In this document: one piece after another, positions 8,854 through 17,420 of the stretch
Layout: each line of letters begins with the position of its first letter
How positions within the stretch are numbered: position 1 is the stretch's first letter
Assembly: GCA_966211485.1 (NCBI GenBank)
Contig: CBIHPB010000001.1
Span: 1-33,758, forward strand
Source: an uncultured Bdellovibrio sp.
Lineage (GTDB): Bacteria; Bdellovibrionota; Bdellovibrionia; Bdellovibrionales; Bdellovibrionaceae
DNA: 33,758 nt
Direction: 5' to 3'
The notes under the pieces: model-generated
Database searches by the model: none
The model's input: only the letters and a program-made list of their open reading frames with translations
What the model was told of the DNA's origin: nothing
Program-made: the position numbers and the translations under genes

Positions 8854-10545
8854 CTAGTTATTTTTCGCACCATCTAAAATCCACTGATTCACCAAATCGA
8901 CTTCATCACGAGGACGGAATCCATCCAGCGGCATCGACTGCAAACCTTCCAAGTTCGGAGCATCCGCATTCATACGGCGGAACATCTTGTGTGCATTTGG
9001 ATCCATATTTCCAGGCACGATGATACCGCGAGATTTCATGTCCTGATAGTCGGTCATGTCATAACCGCCCTGTCTCTGGACCGAGTTGTGACATTTCACG
9101 CAGTTCAGGCCCAAAACACCGGCTTTCGGATTCATCAGCTGAGCAAAAGTCGGAGCGGTCGCATTTGGATCTGCTGGCGGATTGTAATTTGGAAGCGAAA
9201 TCACCAGTTTCGAGTTTGCTCCAAGAACGCCACCCAATGGAGATCCCAGAGACAATCGCAAAACTTTGTCGCTGTCCGGACGCAAGTCATCTGAGAAGAT
9301 CAGATTGAAGCTTGCGGATTTTTGATAAGGCTTGAAGTTCAATGAAGTCGAAGTCGTCGAATCGACTCGGTAGTCCCAATCAAATCGGTTCAGGCCGGCA
9401 TTTCCCAGCAGGCCGACGGCCGCTTTTTCCATACCGACAGCACCGTCAAAATTTACAGGCACTGAAAGCGATTCGATATTTGCACCCGTGACATCCACCT
9501 GGATCGTGACTTTATTGGCGTAGCCCAGTTGGCTTGGCTGAATAGTCATCGACGTCACTGTGAAGTTCACAGCAGGCGGTGGAGGTGGAGCGGGCAGATT
9601 GACGATTTCAATGTTGCCGAATTGGACAGCCAATGTATCGGCTGTTCCCAATGGACCGACCGAAACCAAAGAGCCCGGAGCTAAAAGGGCTGTCGTGCCC
9701 TGGTAAACATTCATGTCCGTTTTTTTAAATGTGGTCGCATAGCCGACTGGGAATCCGTTGATGCGGAAGTTGATCCCTTTGACATGCAAACTGTTCGATC
9801 CGACTTTCAGAATTGGCAGGCTGACCAAGTAAGCGGTCTCACCGGTTGGAACTTTGTATCCCGAAACGACGACAGACAATTGCACGCCCGCCATGTTTGG
9901 AATTTCTTTTCCGGTTAATGTCGACAGAGTGGTGCTAAGATCCCAAGTCAACGTCTGACGATCGAAGACCGTTAGCGTCTGATCCATTCCATTCACACGC
10001 GTCGTCACATCTTTAGAGCCGATCTGCGGAATTGTTTGCGCGGTGGTTTCATAGGTTGGAGAGAAAGATTCTTCCGCTGTTGTCGCACCGGTACCGCCCT
10101 CTCCACAGGTGGCTTTGGCTTTCTGGAAGCTTTGCCATTGCAGACGCAGACCCTGGATGATCTCCAGGTTTTGCGAGCCTGTGTAAGGTGGGTTGTGACC
10201 GTTGTTGACGGCGTATTGAGAGATTTTATCGTAGCCCAACATCTGGAACCCGGCATATGCATTCACCTTGTCAGGTGACGCGAATGTTCCTTTGCCGGGA
10301 CCGTTGACGTGACAGTTCATACAAGTCGAAGCCAAGAATTGATGGTAACCCCGGTCGAAAACGTCGATCTCTTCTTCCTTACAGACATCGATGGCATTGT
10401 AAGTATCAACGCCGATGCTGGAAAGGCTGCCGCTCATGGAATCCGCTGTCTTTCCTTTCCCGCAATTGTTGTAGGAAAGCAAAAGGACGGATCCCATGGC
10501 TGAGAGAAGAGCTATCCGGATGTATTTACGAGTATTCACTTTCAT
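8854..10545 (-). CDS. Di-CxxCH lipoprotein with central beta-sandwich and Calx-beta-like region and PSCyt1-like C-terminus (module A, gene 4)
   Basis: Signal plus LLSYNNCG. CMNCH lies near the N-terminus and CVKCH near the C-terminus, and the protein ends in WILDGAKNN. There is a PPPPP linker. The segment ASFNLIFSDDLRPDSDKVLRLSLGSPLGGVLGANSKLVISL resembles a Calx-beta strand pattern. It is a paralog of 20796-21989. Confidence 0.75.
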   Translation of the reverse strand: MKVNTRKYIRIALLSAMGSVLLLSYNNCGKGKTADSMSGSLSSIGVDTYNAIDVCKEEEIDVFDRGYHQFLASTCMNCHVNGPGKGTFASPDKVNAYAGFQMLGYDKISQYAVNNGHNPPYTGSQNLEIIQGLRLQWQSFQKAKATCGEGGTGATTAEESFSPTYETTAQTIPQIGSKDVTTRVNGMDQTLTVFDRQTLTWDLSTTLSTLTGKEIPNMAGVQLSVVVSGYKVPTGETAYLVSLPILKVGSNSLHVKGINFRINGFPVGYATTFKKTDMNVYQGTTALLAPGSLVSVGPLGTADTLAVQFGNIEIVNLPAPPPPPAVNFTVTSMTIQPSQLGYANKVTIQVDVTGANIESLSVPVNFDGAVGMEKAAVGLLGNAGLNRFDWDYRVDSTTSTSLNFKPYQKSASFNLIFSDDLRPDSDKVLRLSLGSPLGGVLGANSKLVISLPNYNPPADPNATAPTFAQLMNPKAGVLGLNCVKCHNSVQRQGGYDMTDYQDMKSRGIIVPGNMDPNAHKMFRRMNADAPNLEGLQSMPLDGFRPRDEVDLVNQWILDGAKNN

Positions 10546-10580
10546 CCCCCAAAACGACGTTCCAAAACCAGGGTCTTCAA

Positions 10581-12068
10581 CTACGCAATCTTCTTCATCG
10601 CATCGATCTCAGATGGATTCAGAGTTCGTGGCAAGGCCTTGTCGATCTCCAGCAATTTGCCGTTGAAAGACAACCAGTTCACGAAGGCTGCTGCAACCGC
10701 GCGGTCTGCTGACGAGATCAGCGGAGAAGCCGCACCCTGAGCATTGTTCATGTAACCAATCTGAGTTCCTTGAGCTTGCAATGCGCCCGATGGATTGAAC
10801 GCCAGGAAGTAGTAGCTTCCGGTATTACCAGCATCGTTAGTCCATGGTGCTCCTGGAATATCAGATTCAGGCGAGGCCGCCGATCCGTCCGATGTGATGA
10901 AGATGAAAACTTTCTTACCCATGGCCGCAGCGGTCTGCAGGATCTGGCCGATGATCACGCCAGTTCCGTTGTCGAAGCCGTCTCCACGAGTGCGCGAACC
11001 ATCGTGATAGTCAGCTCCACCGCGATTGATGTTTCCAGAGCCTGCGTTTCCGTTCAAGGCATTGAAAACGATCGTCGCCATCTGGTAAGCCGCCGAGCTT
11101 GTCGACGTATTGGCCTGCAGGTTCCAAACACGCGCCACATCCGCGTTTGCACGAGGATCAGTCGTGTTGCTGCCTGGATTTGCGATCAGGTTTGTATTGT
11201 CAGCAGTTCGGCAAGTGATGATGTTTTCCAAATCAGCACCGCTATTCTGCGCGACATAACGCTTGGCTTGGTGAACGCTGAGATTTTGAATCGTCTCAAA
11301 CATTTTACCGGCACGGTTTGCCGCCACCAGTGGTGACAAGCTTCCGGCCACACCCAAAGCGCCGGTTAAACTTTCATAAGAAGAAATAATCAGCGGAGCC
11401 GGTGGATTGATGAAAGCCGCCTTGGCTCCCAATCCAGTCGGCGTGTTCGCTGTTCCCATATTGCCGACCAGTTTTCCATTCAGGCCCATAGCTCGGGTGA
11501 TCCCGGACATATCCGAGTTGTTGTTCGAGCTGTCATCCTGCGTTTGCACAGGAATGCCGTGGAAAGTGGTTTTTGCCAAAGTGTCGGCCATCGCCGATGT
11601 GCGAAGTCCGGCCAGCAAGGTGGAAGTTCCAAAGAATGCCACGTTGTTTGAAAACTCGCGGTCGATTTGGAAGGATCCGGTCTTGCCCTGTCCCAGTTTT
11701 GCATATGAAGACAAAAGATCTCCGCCTTCGTTCAATGGAATATAGTGGGATGAAAAGTTACATCCGCCCTGGCAATTCAGGGTGATCACTGGAATCCAGT
11801 CGCCGCCGCCTGAAACCTGGCACTGCAAAGCGGCCTGTGCGGTTTCTGGAATCATCATCTGAAAAATGTTCTGGCTCATCAAAGCGCCAGAGAATGAGAT
11901 CACTCCGGTTGACAGAAAGTCGCGGCGGCTCAAAGCTTTCAGGCCGTGCGATTTCTGGTGTTCGTTCAGCAGCTCTTGATTCTTGGCTGCCGTATCCATC
12001 ACTTCATCTTTGGTGAGTGTCGTGTCCACACCCGCCATGATATTTTTTGTCTTGTTATCTTGTCCCAT
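10581..12068 (-). CDS. Tat-signal periplasmic protein with conserved GGADYHDGSRTRGD motif, function unknown (module A, gene 3)
   Basis: The ATG at 12068 has a GGGGG 7 nt upstream. The twin-arginine motif is SRRDFLSTG. It is a clear paralog of 19348-20784, sharing NPPAPLI, GGxDYHDGSRT and ITSDG. The motif order is loosely reminiscent of DUF1501-type sulfatase-like proteins. Confidence 0.75.
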   Translation of the reverse strand: MGQDNKTKNIMAGVDTTLTKDEVMDTAAKNQELLNEHQKSHGLKALSRRDFLSTGVISFSGALMSQNIFQMMIPETAQAALQCQVSGGGDWIPVITLNCQGGCNFSSHYIPLNEGGDLLSSYAKLGQGKTGSFQIDREFSNNVAFFGTSTLLAGLRTSAMADTLAKTTFHGIPVQTQDDSSNNNSDMSGITRAMGLNGKLVGNMGTANTPTGLGAKAAFINPPAPLIISSYESLTGALGVAGSLSPLVAANRAGKMFETIQNLSVHQAKRYVAQNSGADLENIITCRTADNTNLIANPGSNTTDPRANADVARVWNLQANTSTSSAAYQMATIVFNALNGNAGSGNINRGGADYHDGSRTRGDGFDNGTGVIIGQILQTAAAMGKKVFIFITSDGSAASPESDIPGAPWTNDAGNTGSYYFLAFNPSGALQAQGTQIGYMNNAQGAASPLISSADRAVAAAFVNWLSFNGKLLEIDKALPRTLNPSEIDAMKKIA

Positions 12069-12088
12069 TTCAAACCCCCAAAATTGAA

Positions 12089-12712
12089 TTAAAGAATCAG
12101 CGTATCCAGCGCACTGAGCATCGATGTGCACATGAACAGCATCGAGTCGTGTGCCGTGTTCGAAAACGCCGATTGAATTCCGCCCATCACGATGTCCGAT
12201 TCTGTTGGGTCTTCATCACGAGACCAGCAAGAACGGGCCAAGCGTCTCATCGCATCTTGCATTGTGCCGTCTGCTGGCAAAGACATTCCTGCCCAGTCGA
12301 CGCCAATGAACATACGAGGAGCGGTTTTTTCATTTTCGATCAAGTCTTTGCAGACCTCGCCAGCCAGAGAAGTCAAAGCCATCAACGCCGGAGCTGTATA
12401 AGTGCTCACCGCGCCGGTCTCTGACATCGTTCCGACTTTCGAAGAGTACATTGCCAATGTTCGGTCTGAAGGCAGACCAGAACCTGTGCAAGATGAAAAG
12501 TGATCCAAGGCCGCTTTTCCGTAGACCAAGGAAACAGTCGAAGTATTTGGTTTGATTCCCGGATCGTCGTCCGAGCTACCAGAGTTCTGTGCACTGTTGC
12601 CAGATTCATCGCCAATCACTGTGAATTTTCCGCACCCTTGACCCAGACCAACGATGATCACAGCTCCGGTGACCAAGATGGTTGAGATTCGTGCAATCAG
12701 TTGCTTTCTCAC
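12089..12712 (-). CDS. Small lipoprotein, function unknown (module A, gene 2)
   Basis: The GTG start overlaps the upstream stop (GTGA at 12709-12712) and is preceded by GGGGGAGGAAAA. The lipobox-like signal is GLGQGCG. The C-terminal MLFMCTSMLSALD is shared with the paralog at 18657-19325. Confidence 0.65.
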   Translation of the reverse strand: MRKQLIARISTILVTGAVIIVGLGQGCGKFTVIGDESGNSAQNSGSSDDDPGIKPNTSTVSLVYGKAALDHFSSCTGSGLPSDRTLAMYSSKVGTMSETGAVSTYTAPALMALTSLAGEVCKDLIENEKTAPRMFIGVDWAGMSLPADGTMQDAMRRLARSCWSRDEDPTESDIVMGGIQSAFSNTAHDSMLFMCTSMLSALDTLIL

Positions 12713-14967
12713 TTTTCCTCCCCCAAACAGTTTGGTGTGATCACCAAACGCTTAAATAAATAATCAAGCTTATAACCATTCGATTCAAATTCACTGGCCG
12801 CTGTCTTCATCAAAGCTTCGTCGAAGCTTTGTGGCTCACGCTTACAGACCGACGCGAATACACGCTTGGCCATACAGCGAGAGAACTGCTCGGCATTTCC
12901 CACCATTGTTCCAAATTCTTTCACGCCTTTACCGGACGTTGGACCGCGCCAGCCAAAGTAACCTTGTGCCCAAGGCTCGACGGCAGCGTTACTGAACAAG
13001 TTGTCCGTGATCACGCGGCCGCCTGGGAAGATGTGCTCGTTGTGGTTCATTTTGTCGGCTACGAACGAAACGTTTCCAAGGCTTGGCAGCTGAGTCAGAG
13101 CTGGGTCTGTTGCCTTCAAGCCGGCTGACATACCCATTTGTGTTCCTTCATTCATGATTCCAGCATTCAGGCGAGGAACCACGAAAGAGTTCTTCACAAA
13201 GTTATTGCTGAATGTGAAGTAGGCAAAGGCACTTCGCAATGGATCCATGCGCGAGTGGCAGGCACGGCAGCTGGTTGTGAACTTGGTGTGCGAACCGCTT
13301 GGGAAGCGATCCACGTCGCGTCCGATCGGAGCATCACTGCCGTTTGAATCCGACCACTTGTCGATTGGCGTGCACAGGAATTCACGGAAAGTGAATTCAA
13401 TTGGACGGCGGTTGGTTCCCGCAATCGCATGTGCGCCCATGAAAGCTCGAGACGTGATCAGTCCCGCTGGATCTGGATGCTCGACAGCTTTCGAGCCGTC
13501 ATAGATCATTTGTTTTGCTGGAACGAGAACTTTTGCCAGGTCGAAACCGCCGGCCTGCAAGGCTTCATAGTGACGGTTCGATGTCAGAATATCACGTACG
13601 ATATTCGACGGGACAGCGGCCTTCTTTGGATCGGCCATGTAAGTGATATCGCTGTTCACCAGAACGCGTGCATCCAAACCATCGCGTGTAACGCCAATCA
13701 TGGTCGCGACAAAGTCATTCAAAGTCGTGCTGATGACTTCTTCACGAGTCGACATGCGAGCCGCCATATCGCGAACCGAAATATTCAAGAAGTTTGGATC
13801 TTTGGTTGCCAGTCCTGCCGCTTCAAATGTGCGACCTTGATCAATCAGGTCCGCCATTTGTCCAATGATGGGGTTGTCAACCACGGTCTTCACGCCGGTG
13901 ATACGGTTGTAGATCGTCTGAGCGCGAGTCACGCTTGGTGTGATCTTGCGGCTGAGATCAATTGGATAAATCGTTGGAGGTGTGATGCGTGGAGCACCGG
14001 CACCCAGGATTTCCTGATCGGTCAAAGCGCGGCAGTACACAGCCACCATATAGACTTTGCCCATCCAAGGCCAGTGACGGCTGCGTTTACCTGGGCCTTC
14101 GCCACCTTGAGTTGGCTTGCCGAAATCCTGATCAGCACTGGCTTCGTTACCGATGGCCAGGCGGATATCCAATTTGCGAGACAGTGAACCGGCGCTGTCA
14201 TCTGGGGTGTCGTAGGTCACGTTTGTTCCAGTGACATGCCAGTTTGAAAAGTTACCGCTAAATCCACGAGTCACAACGAAAGGACCTGTGTCGTTTCCGT
14301 TGTCGTCGCTATTGTACAGACGAGCAGCACCCCCAGCCGTCTTCACGAAGTAGACGTGCTGTTTCTTTTGCAGCAAGAATGTTTCGTTTGGCGCCAGCAA
14401 GTAATCGACCAGGTCACCGTTGTAGTTGGTGCCAGTCGAGTTGTTTGATGTGCGAGTTGTCGCCTTGTATGTATCGCCCATGTTGTAGGCTTGGTAGATA
14501 CCGAAGTTGTGAAATTCTTTGAAATAAGTGTCTGCCAAAGAGACCATGCGCAGAGACTGTTTGAAGTATCCGTTCATCATGTTGTTGTCGTCTTCAGCGT
14601 TCACCAGTTTTTCGGCCGGCGTACGGCTTTCAAGCCACATTTCAACCGTCATTTCGTTTGAAGCTTTGCAGGCATTGGTGATTTTGTCGGCCGAAGTCAC
14701 CGAGCGAATCAGATTTGGCTCTGAGATTTCCAAGTGATCGGCGCGAGAGTAAAACAATGCGTTGGTGCGAACGATTTGCAAATTCAATGGATTTGGTGCC
14801 AGGTCCTTGATTGTCCAAGTTGCGGGATCGATGTTGTCTTGGCTGAAGACATACAAAGCGACCGCAGAGTCCCGAGTCGGACCATTTCCGGCAGAGTCCA
14901 GCGCCCAAGTCACTGATGACCCGGCGACTGACAAGAAGAATGTAAATAAAACTTTTCCCGTTTTCAT
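12709..14967 (-). CDS. Secreted LamG-like + PSD/DUF1588-like CxxCH protein (module A, gene 1)
   Basis: Has a signal peptide. The N-terminal ~340 aa end in WMGKVYMVAVYCRALTDQEIL, typical of LamG/concanavalin-like domains. The C-terminal ~410 aa are collinear with 17421-18656 (PDPAGLITSRAFMGAHA, EFTFREFLC, CRACHSRMDPLRSAF). A GAGGGG SD lies before the ATG at 14967. Confidence 0.75.
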   Translation of the reverse strand: MKTGKVLFTFFLSVAGSSVTWALDSAGNGPTRDSAVALYVFSQDNIDPATWTIKDLAPNPLNLQIVRTNALFYSRADHLEISEPNLIRSVTSADKITNACKASNEMTVEMWLESRTPAEKLVNAEDDNNMMNGYFKQSLRMVSLADTYFKEFHNFGIYQAYNMGDTYKATTRTSNNSTGTNYNGDLVDYLLAPNETFLLQKKQHVYFVKTAGGAARLYNSDDNGNDTGPFVVTRGFSGNFSNWHVTGTNVTYDTPDDSAGSLSRKLDIRLAIGNEASADQDFGKPTQGGEGPGKRSRHWPWMGKVYMVAVYCRALTDQEILGAGAPRITPPTIYPIDLSRKITPSVTRAQTIYNRITGVKTVVDNPIIGQMADLIDQGRTFEAAGLATKDPNFLNISVRDMAARMSTREEVISTTLNDFVATMIGVTRDGLDARVLVNSDITYMADPKKAAVPSNIVRDILTSNRHYEALQAGGFDLAKVLVPAKQMIYDGSKAVEHPDPAGLITSRAFMGAHAIAGTNRRPIEFTFREFLCTPIDKWSDSNGSDAPIGRDVDRFPSGSHTKFTTSCRACHSRMDPLRSAFAYFTFSNNFVKNSFVVPRLNAGIMNEGTQMGMSAGLKATDPALTQLPSLGNVSFVADKMNHNEHIFPGGRVITDNLFSNAAVEPWAQGYFGWRGPTSGKGVKEFGTMVGNAEQFSRCMAKRVFASVCKREPQSFDEALMKTAASEFESNGYKLDYLFKRLVITPNCLGEEK

Positions 14968-15042
14968 TTTCCCCTCATTTACCCTTCAACGAACCGCAAA
15001 CCCCAAAACGTAATTCTGTACAAACTTCGTTACACCCTGTCC

Positions 15043-16896
15043 TTAGGGGATAACTGTCGACAAGAAGCTGGCAGAGCCCGATGTATTGTTCGGCTCGGCA
15101 TTCAACTTCGCGCCAACGACGATATCAGTACCTGAGAAACCAACACTGGAACCAAATTGATCGTTATCCGCACCAGTCGTGCTGGAAATACGGCGGACAA
15201 ATTTGCAAACGCCATCGCTTGTTGCAAAGTGGTCAACCGCACCACCGCGTGTTCGCAACTCTGGAGCACCGATCAAAACACCAGCCGAGCCGATGGCGAC
15301 AGATGTACCGAAGCGACCTTCACCATTTGAAACATCCATCAAAGTCTGAAGCGCCGCCGAACCTGTTGGATTCGTGATCAGCAGTGCGAGACCTGCTTTG
15401 CGTGCACCATTCAAATAACCTGGAGCACCCACCAGAATTTTTCCACCGTAGATCGCAACTGACGAGCCCAGCTCGGCACCCATTGCGATTGTGAGCGTGA
15501 GGTCTTTGCCAGTTTGATCTTTCACAGCCAAGCCAGTTTTGTTGGCATTGGCACGCAGTGGATTGGTCATGACTTCATCCCACGATGCGGATTTCGAGTA
15601 GATCAACAATTCACCAGTCATTGTGTCGCGGTACAAAGTCGAAGCCGGAGCACCGACTGCCAACAAGCCACCTTCGATGGCAACCGCAGCACCGAAGTAA
15701 GAGTTGTTTGGCAATGGACTGGCGATATGAGCCGTCTGAGCAAAGCTTGAGCTATCAAAGATATAGACCGCACCTTTTGAGCTGGATTCAGCTGGAGCAC
15801 CGACCGCGATTTGACTGCCGTCGACCGCAACTGCGCGACCGAATTTGCTTCCAGCGACTGTGCCTGAAAGCTTACGGGCCATGGCAAAAGTTCCGCCACT
15901 GGCTTTGAAGACATAGGCCGCACCGGTGTTCGAGCTATTGAACTCGCTTCCAACCACCAAAGTGTCACCCTTTAAAGCCACTGAAGCCGGGCTGTCGTTG
16001 GCAGCTCCGCGGTCAGCCACGATGGCCGTGTCATCTGTTCGCAAGATTTGCGAGCGAGTCCATTTGTTATCGCCGCCTTTTTTGTAAATATAAATCGCTC
16101 CGATCAACTGAGCCGTGTTGCCGTCACCGTCATCACCCGGAGCGACAACAGCCGCTGTCGATCCGTCGATTGCAACCGCTGCACCCATTTGGTCGAAGGC
16201 ATCCAAAGATTCTGTTGTGACTTGCTCTGGATAGCAGTTGTTTTTGAAAGTGACCGTGATGATTTGCTCGGTGCTGCGCTTGTTCGTGTCAGCCGTGCTT
16301 TGAACAAAAACACGGTACTTGGCCGTGCCTTCAAAGCACTGTTTGTCCGTATCATTATCATTCGGACGGAATGAAATCGAGATGGATGTGCCCGGACTTG
16401 CATTGGCTGGTGTGCGAGTGCAAGTAATATCATTATTCACAACCGCTGTACGAACGCCGGCGCCGTTTACCGCTGTCACAGTCATTGAAGCATCAGTCAC
16501 ACGTTGGCAGGACACTGTTGCGCCTTGCTGACACTGAGAAGCTGCGTTTGATTTTGTGTATGTGAAAGAAACCGTATCAGATGCCTTACGTCCGCCGTTG
16601 TCGCCACGGCCTGAAAGGGCTGTCAACGAAGTACCGCTTAATGCCGTTGCTTCAGGAACACCAACATCAGAAGCCAAACATGGAATTGTATTTAATGTCG
16701 TAGAGGTCGTTGACGTGGTTGGCGTATTTGGATCTTCAGGAATGTCGGTGCCGCTGCCATCGCCTTGGGAAGAAGAGCCCATCGAAATTGAGCCTTCAAC
16801 AGTCTGGAAATTCTGCGCACAGTTTTGGAATGGCAACAGCAGTAACAAGGCTGTAGCTAACCACAACAAACTACGGCGTTTGTTCATCTTCTTCAT
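15043..16896 (-). CDS. Lipoprotein with seven FG-GAP-like repeats (integrin-alpha-type beta-propeller)
   Basis: The ATG at 16896 has a GAGGGG upstream. Signal plus LLLPFQNCA. There is a Thr/Ser-rich linker and a Cys-containing domain. Then come seven repeats of the type FG.AVA..G..(I/L)(A/V)VGAP....G(A)(V/I)Y(I/V)F. I trimmed the ORF-track start at 17070. The gene lies 75 bp upstream of module A gene 1 on the same strand. Confidence 0.8.
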   Translation of the reverse strand: MKKMNKRRSLLWLATALLLLLPFQNCAQNFQTVEGSISMGSSSQGDGSGTDIPEDPNTPTTSTTSTTLNTIPCLASDVGVPEATALSGTSLTALSGRGDNGGRKASDTVSFTYTKSNAASQCQQGATVSCQRVTDASMTVTAVNGAGVRTAVVNNDITCTRTPANASPGTSISISFRPNDNDTDKQCFEGTAKYRVFVQSTADTNKRSTEQIITVTFKNNCYPEQVTTESLDAFDQMGAAVAIDGSTAAVVAPGDDGDGNTAQLIGAIYIYKKGGDNKWTRSQILRTDDTAIVADRGAANDSPASVALKGDTLVVGSEFNSSNTGAAYVFKASGGTFAMARKLSGTVAGSKFGRAVAVDGSQIAVGAPAESSSKGAVYIFDSSSFAQTAHIASPLPNNSYFGAAVAIEGGLLAVGAPASTLYRDTMTGELLIYSKSASWDEVMTNPLRANANKTGLAVKDQTGKDLTLTIAMGAELGSSVAIYGGKILVGAPGYLNGARKAGLALLITNPTGSAALQTLMDVSNGEGRFGTSVAIGSAGVLIGAPELRTRGGAVDHFATSDGVCKFVRRISSTTGADNDQFGSSVGFSGTDIVVGAKLNAEPNNTSGSASFLSTVIP

Positions 16897-17420
16897 ATTC
16901 CCCTCGACAACTCGACCTATCGGAAAGTCCGTAGATTTAGTTAAGCCCAATTTCCCAAAAAGAAACAAAAATATCGGAAACAGTTCGAAGGTAGGAGGTG
17001 CAAAGGCAGGACCTGATCGGTCACTACTTGTTCGACAGCGGCTTCGGGTCTGTATTCGAGAGCGACTCATTTTCGACTCGAGATGAGACGTCTCAATACT
17101 GGAACGGTGTCTAGCGAAGCTTCGTTGACCAGAGTGTCTACAAAATCGGTTGTCTGATTCGCTGGCATTCAGACAGCTGGCAAGTTTTCATTCAGGCTTG
17201 TTTCGGTCTGGAAACTTCTACGGTTTTTCTGTGGAAGTCCGATAACTTATCAAAGTTCGACAGTGGTGTTTTGTGATTTTGCATTCGGTTTGAATGCTGA
17301 CAGCTGGGCGACAATATAGAGAGTGATTTTTATTTGGTTGTCCTGAGCTCGAATTTACCCGCAAACAATGCTGTGGTCTTTGCTTTGCTTTTGTTCAACG
17401 TTGGGTGAAAGGGGGGTGAA
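16897..17420. promoter_or_regulatory. Divergent intergenic control region between the two paralogous operons
   Basis: This 524-bp non-coding gap lies between divergent starts at 16896 (-) and 17421 (+). It contains the perfect palindrome GAGACGTCTC (17085-17094), two copies of GACAGCTGG (17172-17180 and 17299-17307), and the hairpin GCATTC-N5-GAATGC (17281-17297). A weak sigma70-like TTGAAT (17290-17295) is followed 17-19 nt later by AATATAGA. No element has been validated. Confidence 0.45.

Noticed and set aside
12069-12131. Upstream extension of the Tat-protein ORF (start 12131), which overlaps the end of the small lipoprotein gene.
   Set aside because: The ATG at 12068 has a good SD and gives an N-terminus of length comparable to the paralog's, so the extension is unnecessary.
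13429-14187. 252-aa plus-strand ORF (and similar ORFs at 12829-13128 and 13138-13347) inside module A gene 1.
   Set aside because: These are shadow ORFs. The minus-strand protein is validated by its long collinear similarity to the independently encoded paralog at 17421-18656.
16897-17070. N-terminal 58-aa extension of the FG-GAP ORF (ORF-track start 17070), and the overlapping 176-aa plus-strand ORF at 16556-17086.
   Set aside because: The extension is Arg/Ser-rich and precedes a perfect signal peptide that has its own GAGGGG SD and ATG at 16896. The plus-strand ORF is antisense to the repeat protein.
17083-17157. Possible 24-codon small ORF (MRRLNTGTVSSEASLTRVSTKSVV) in the divergent intergenic region.
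   Set aside because: It has no SD, I cannot assess its conservation, and it overlaps the palindrome. The evidence is too weak to call.
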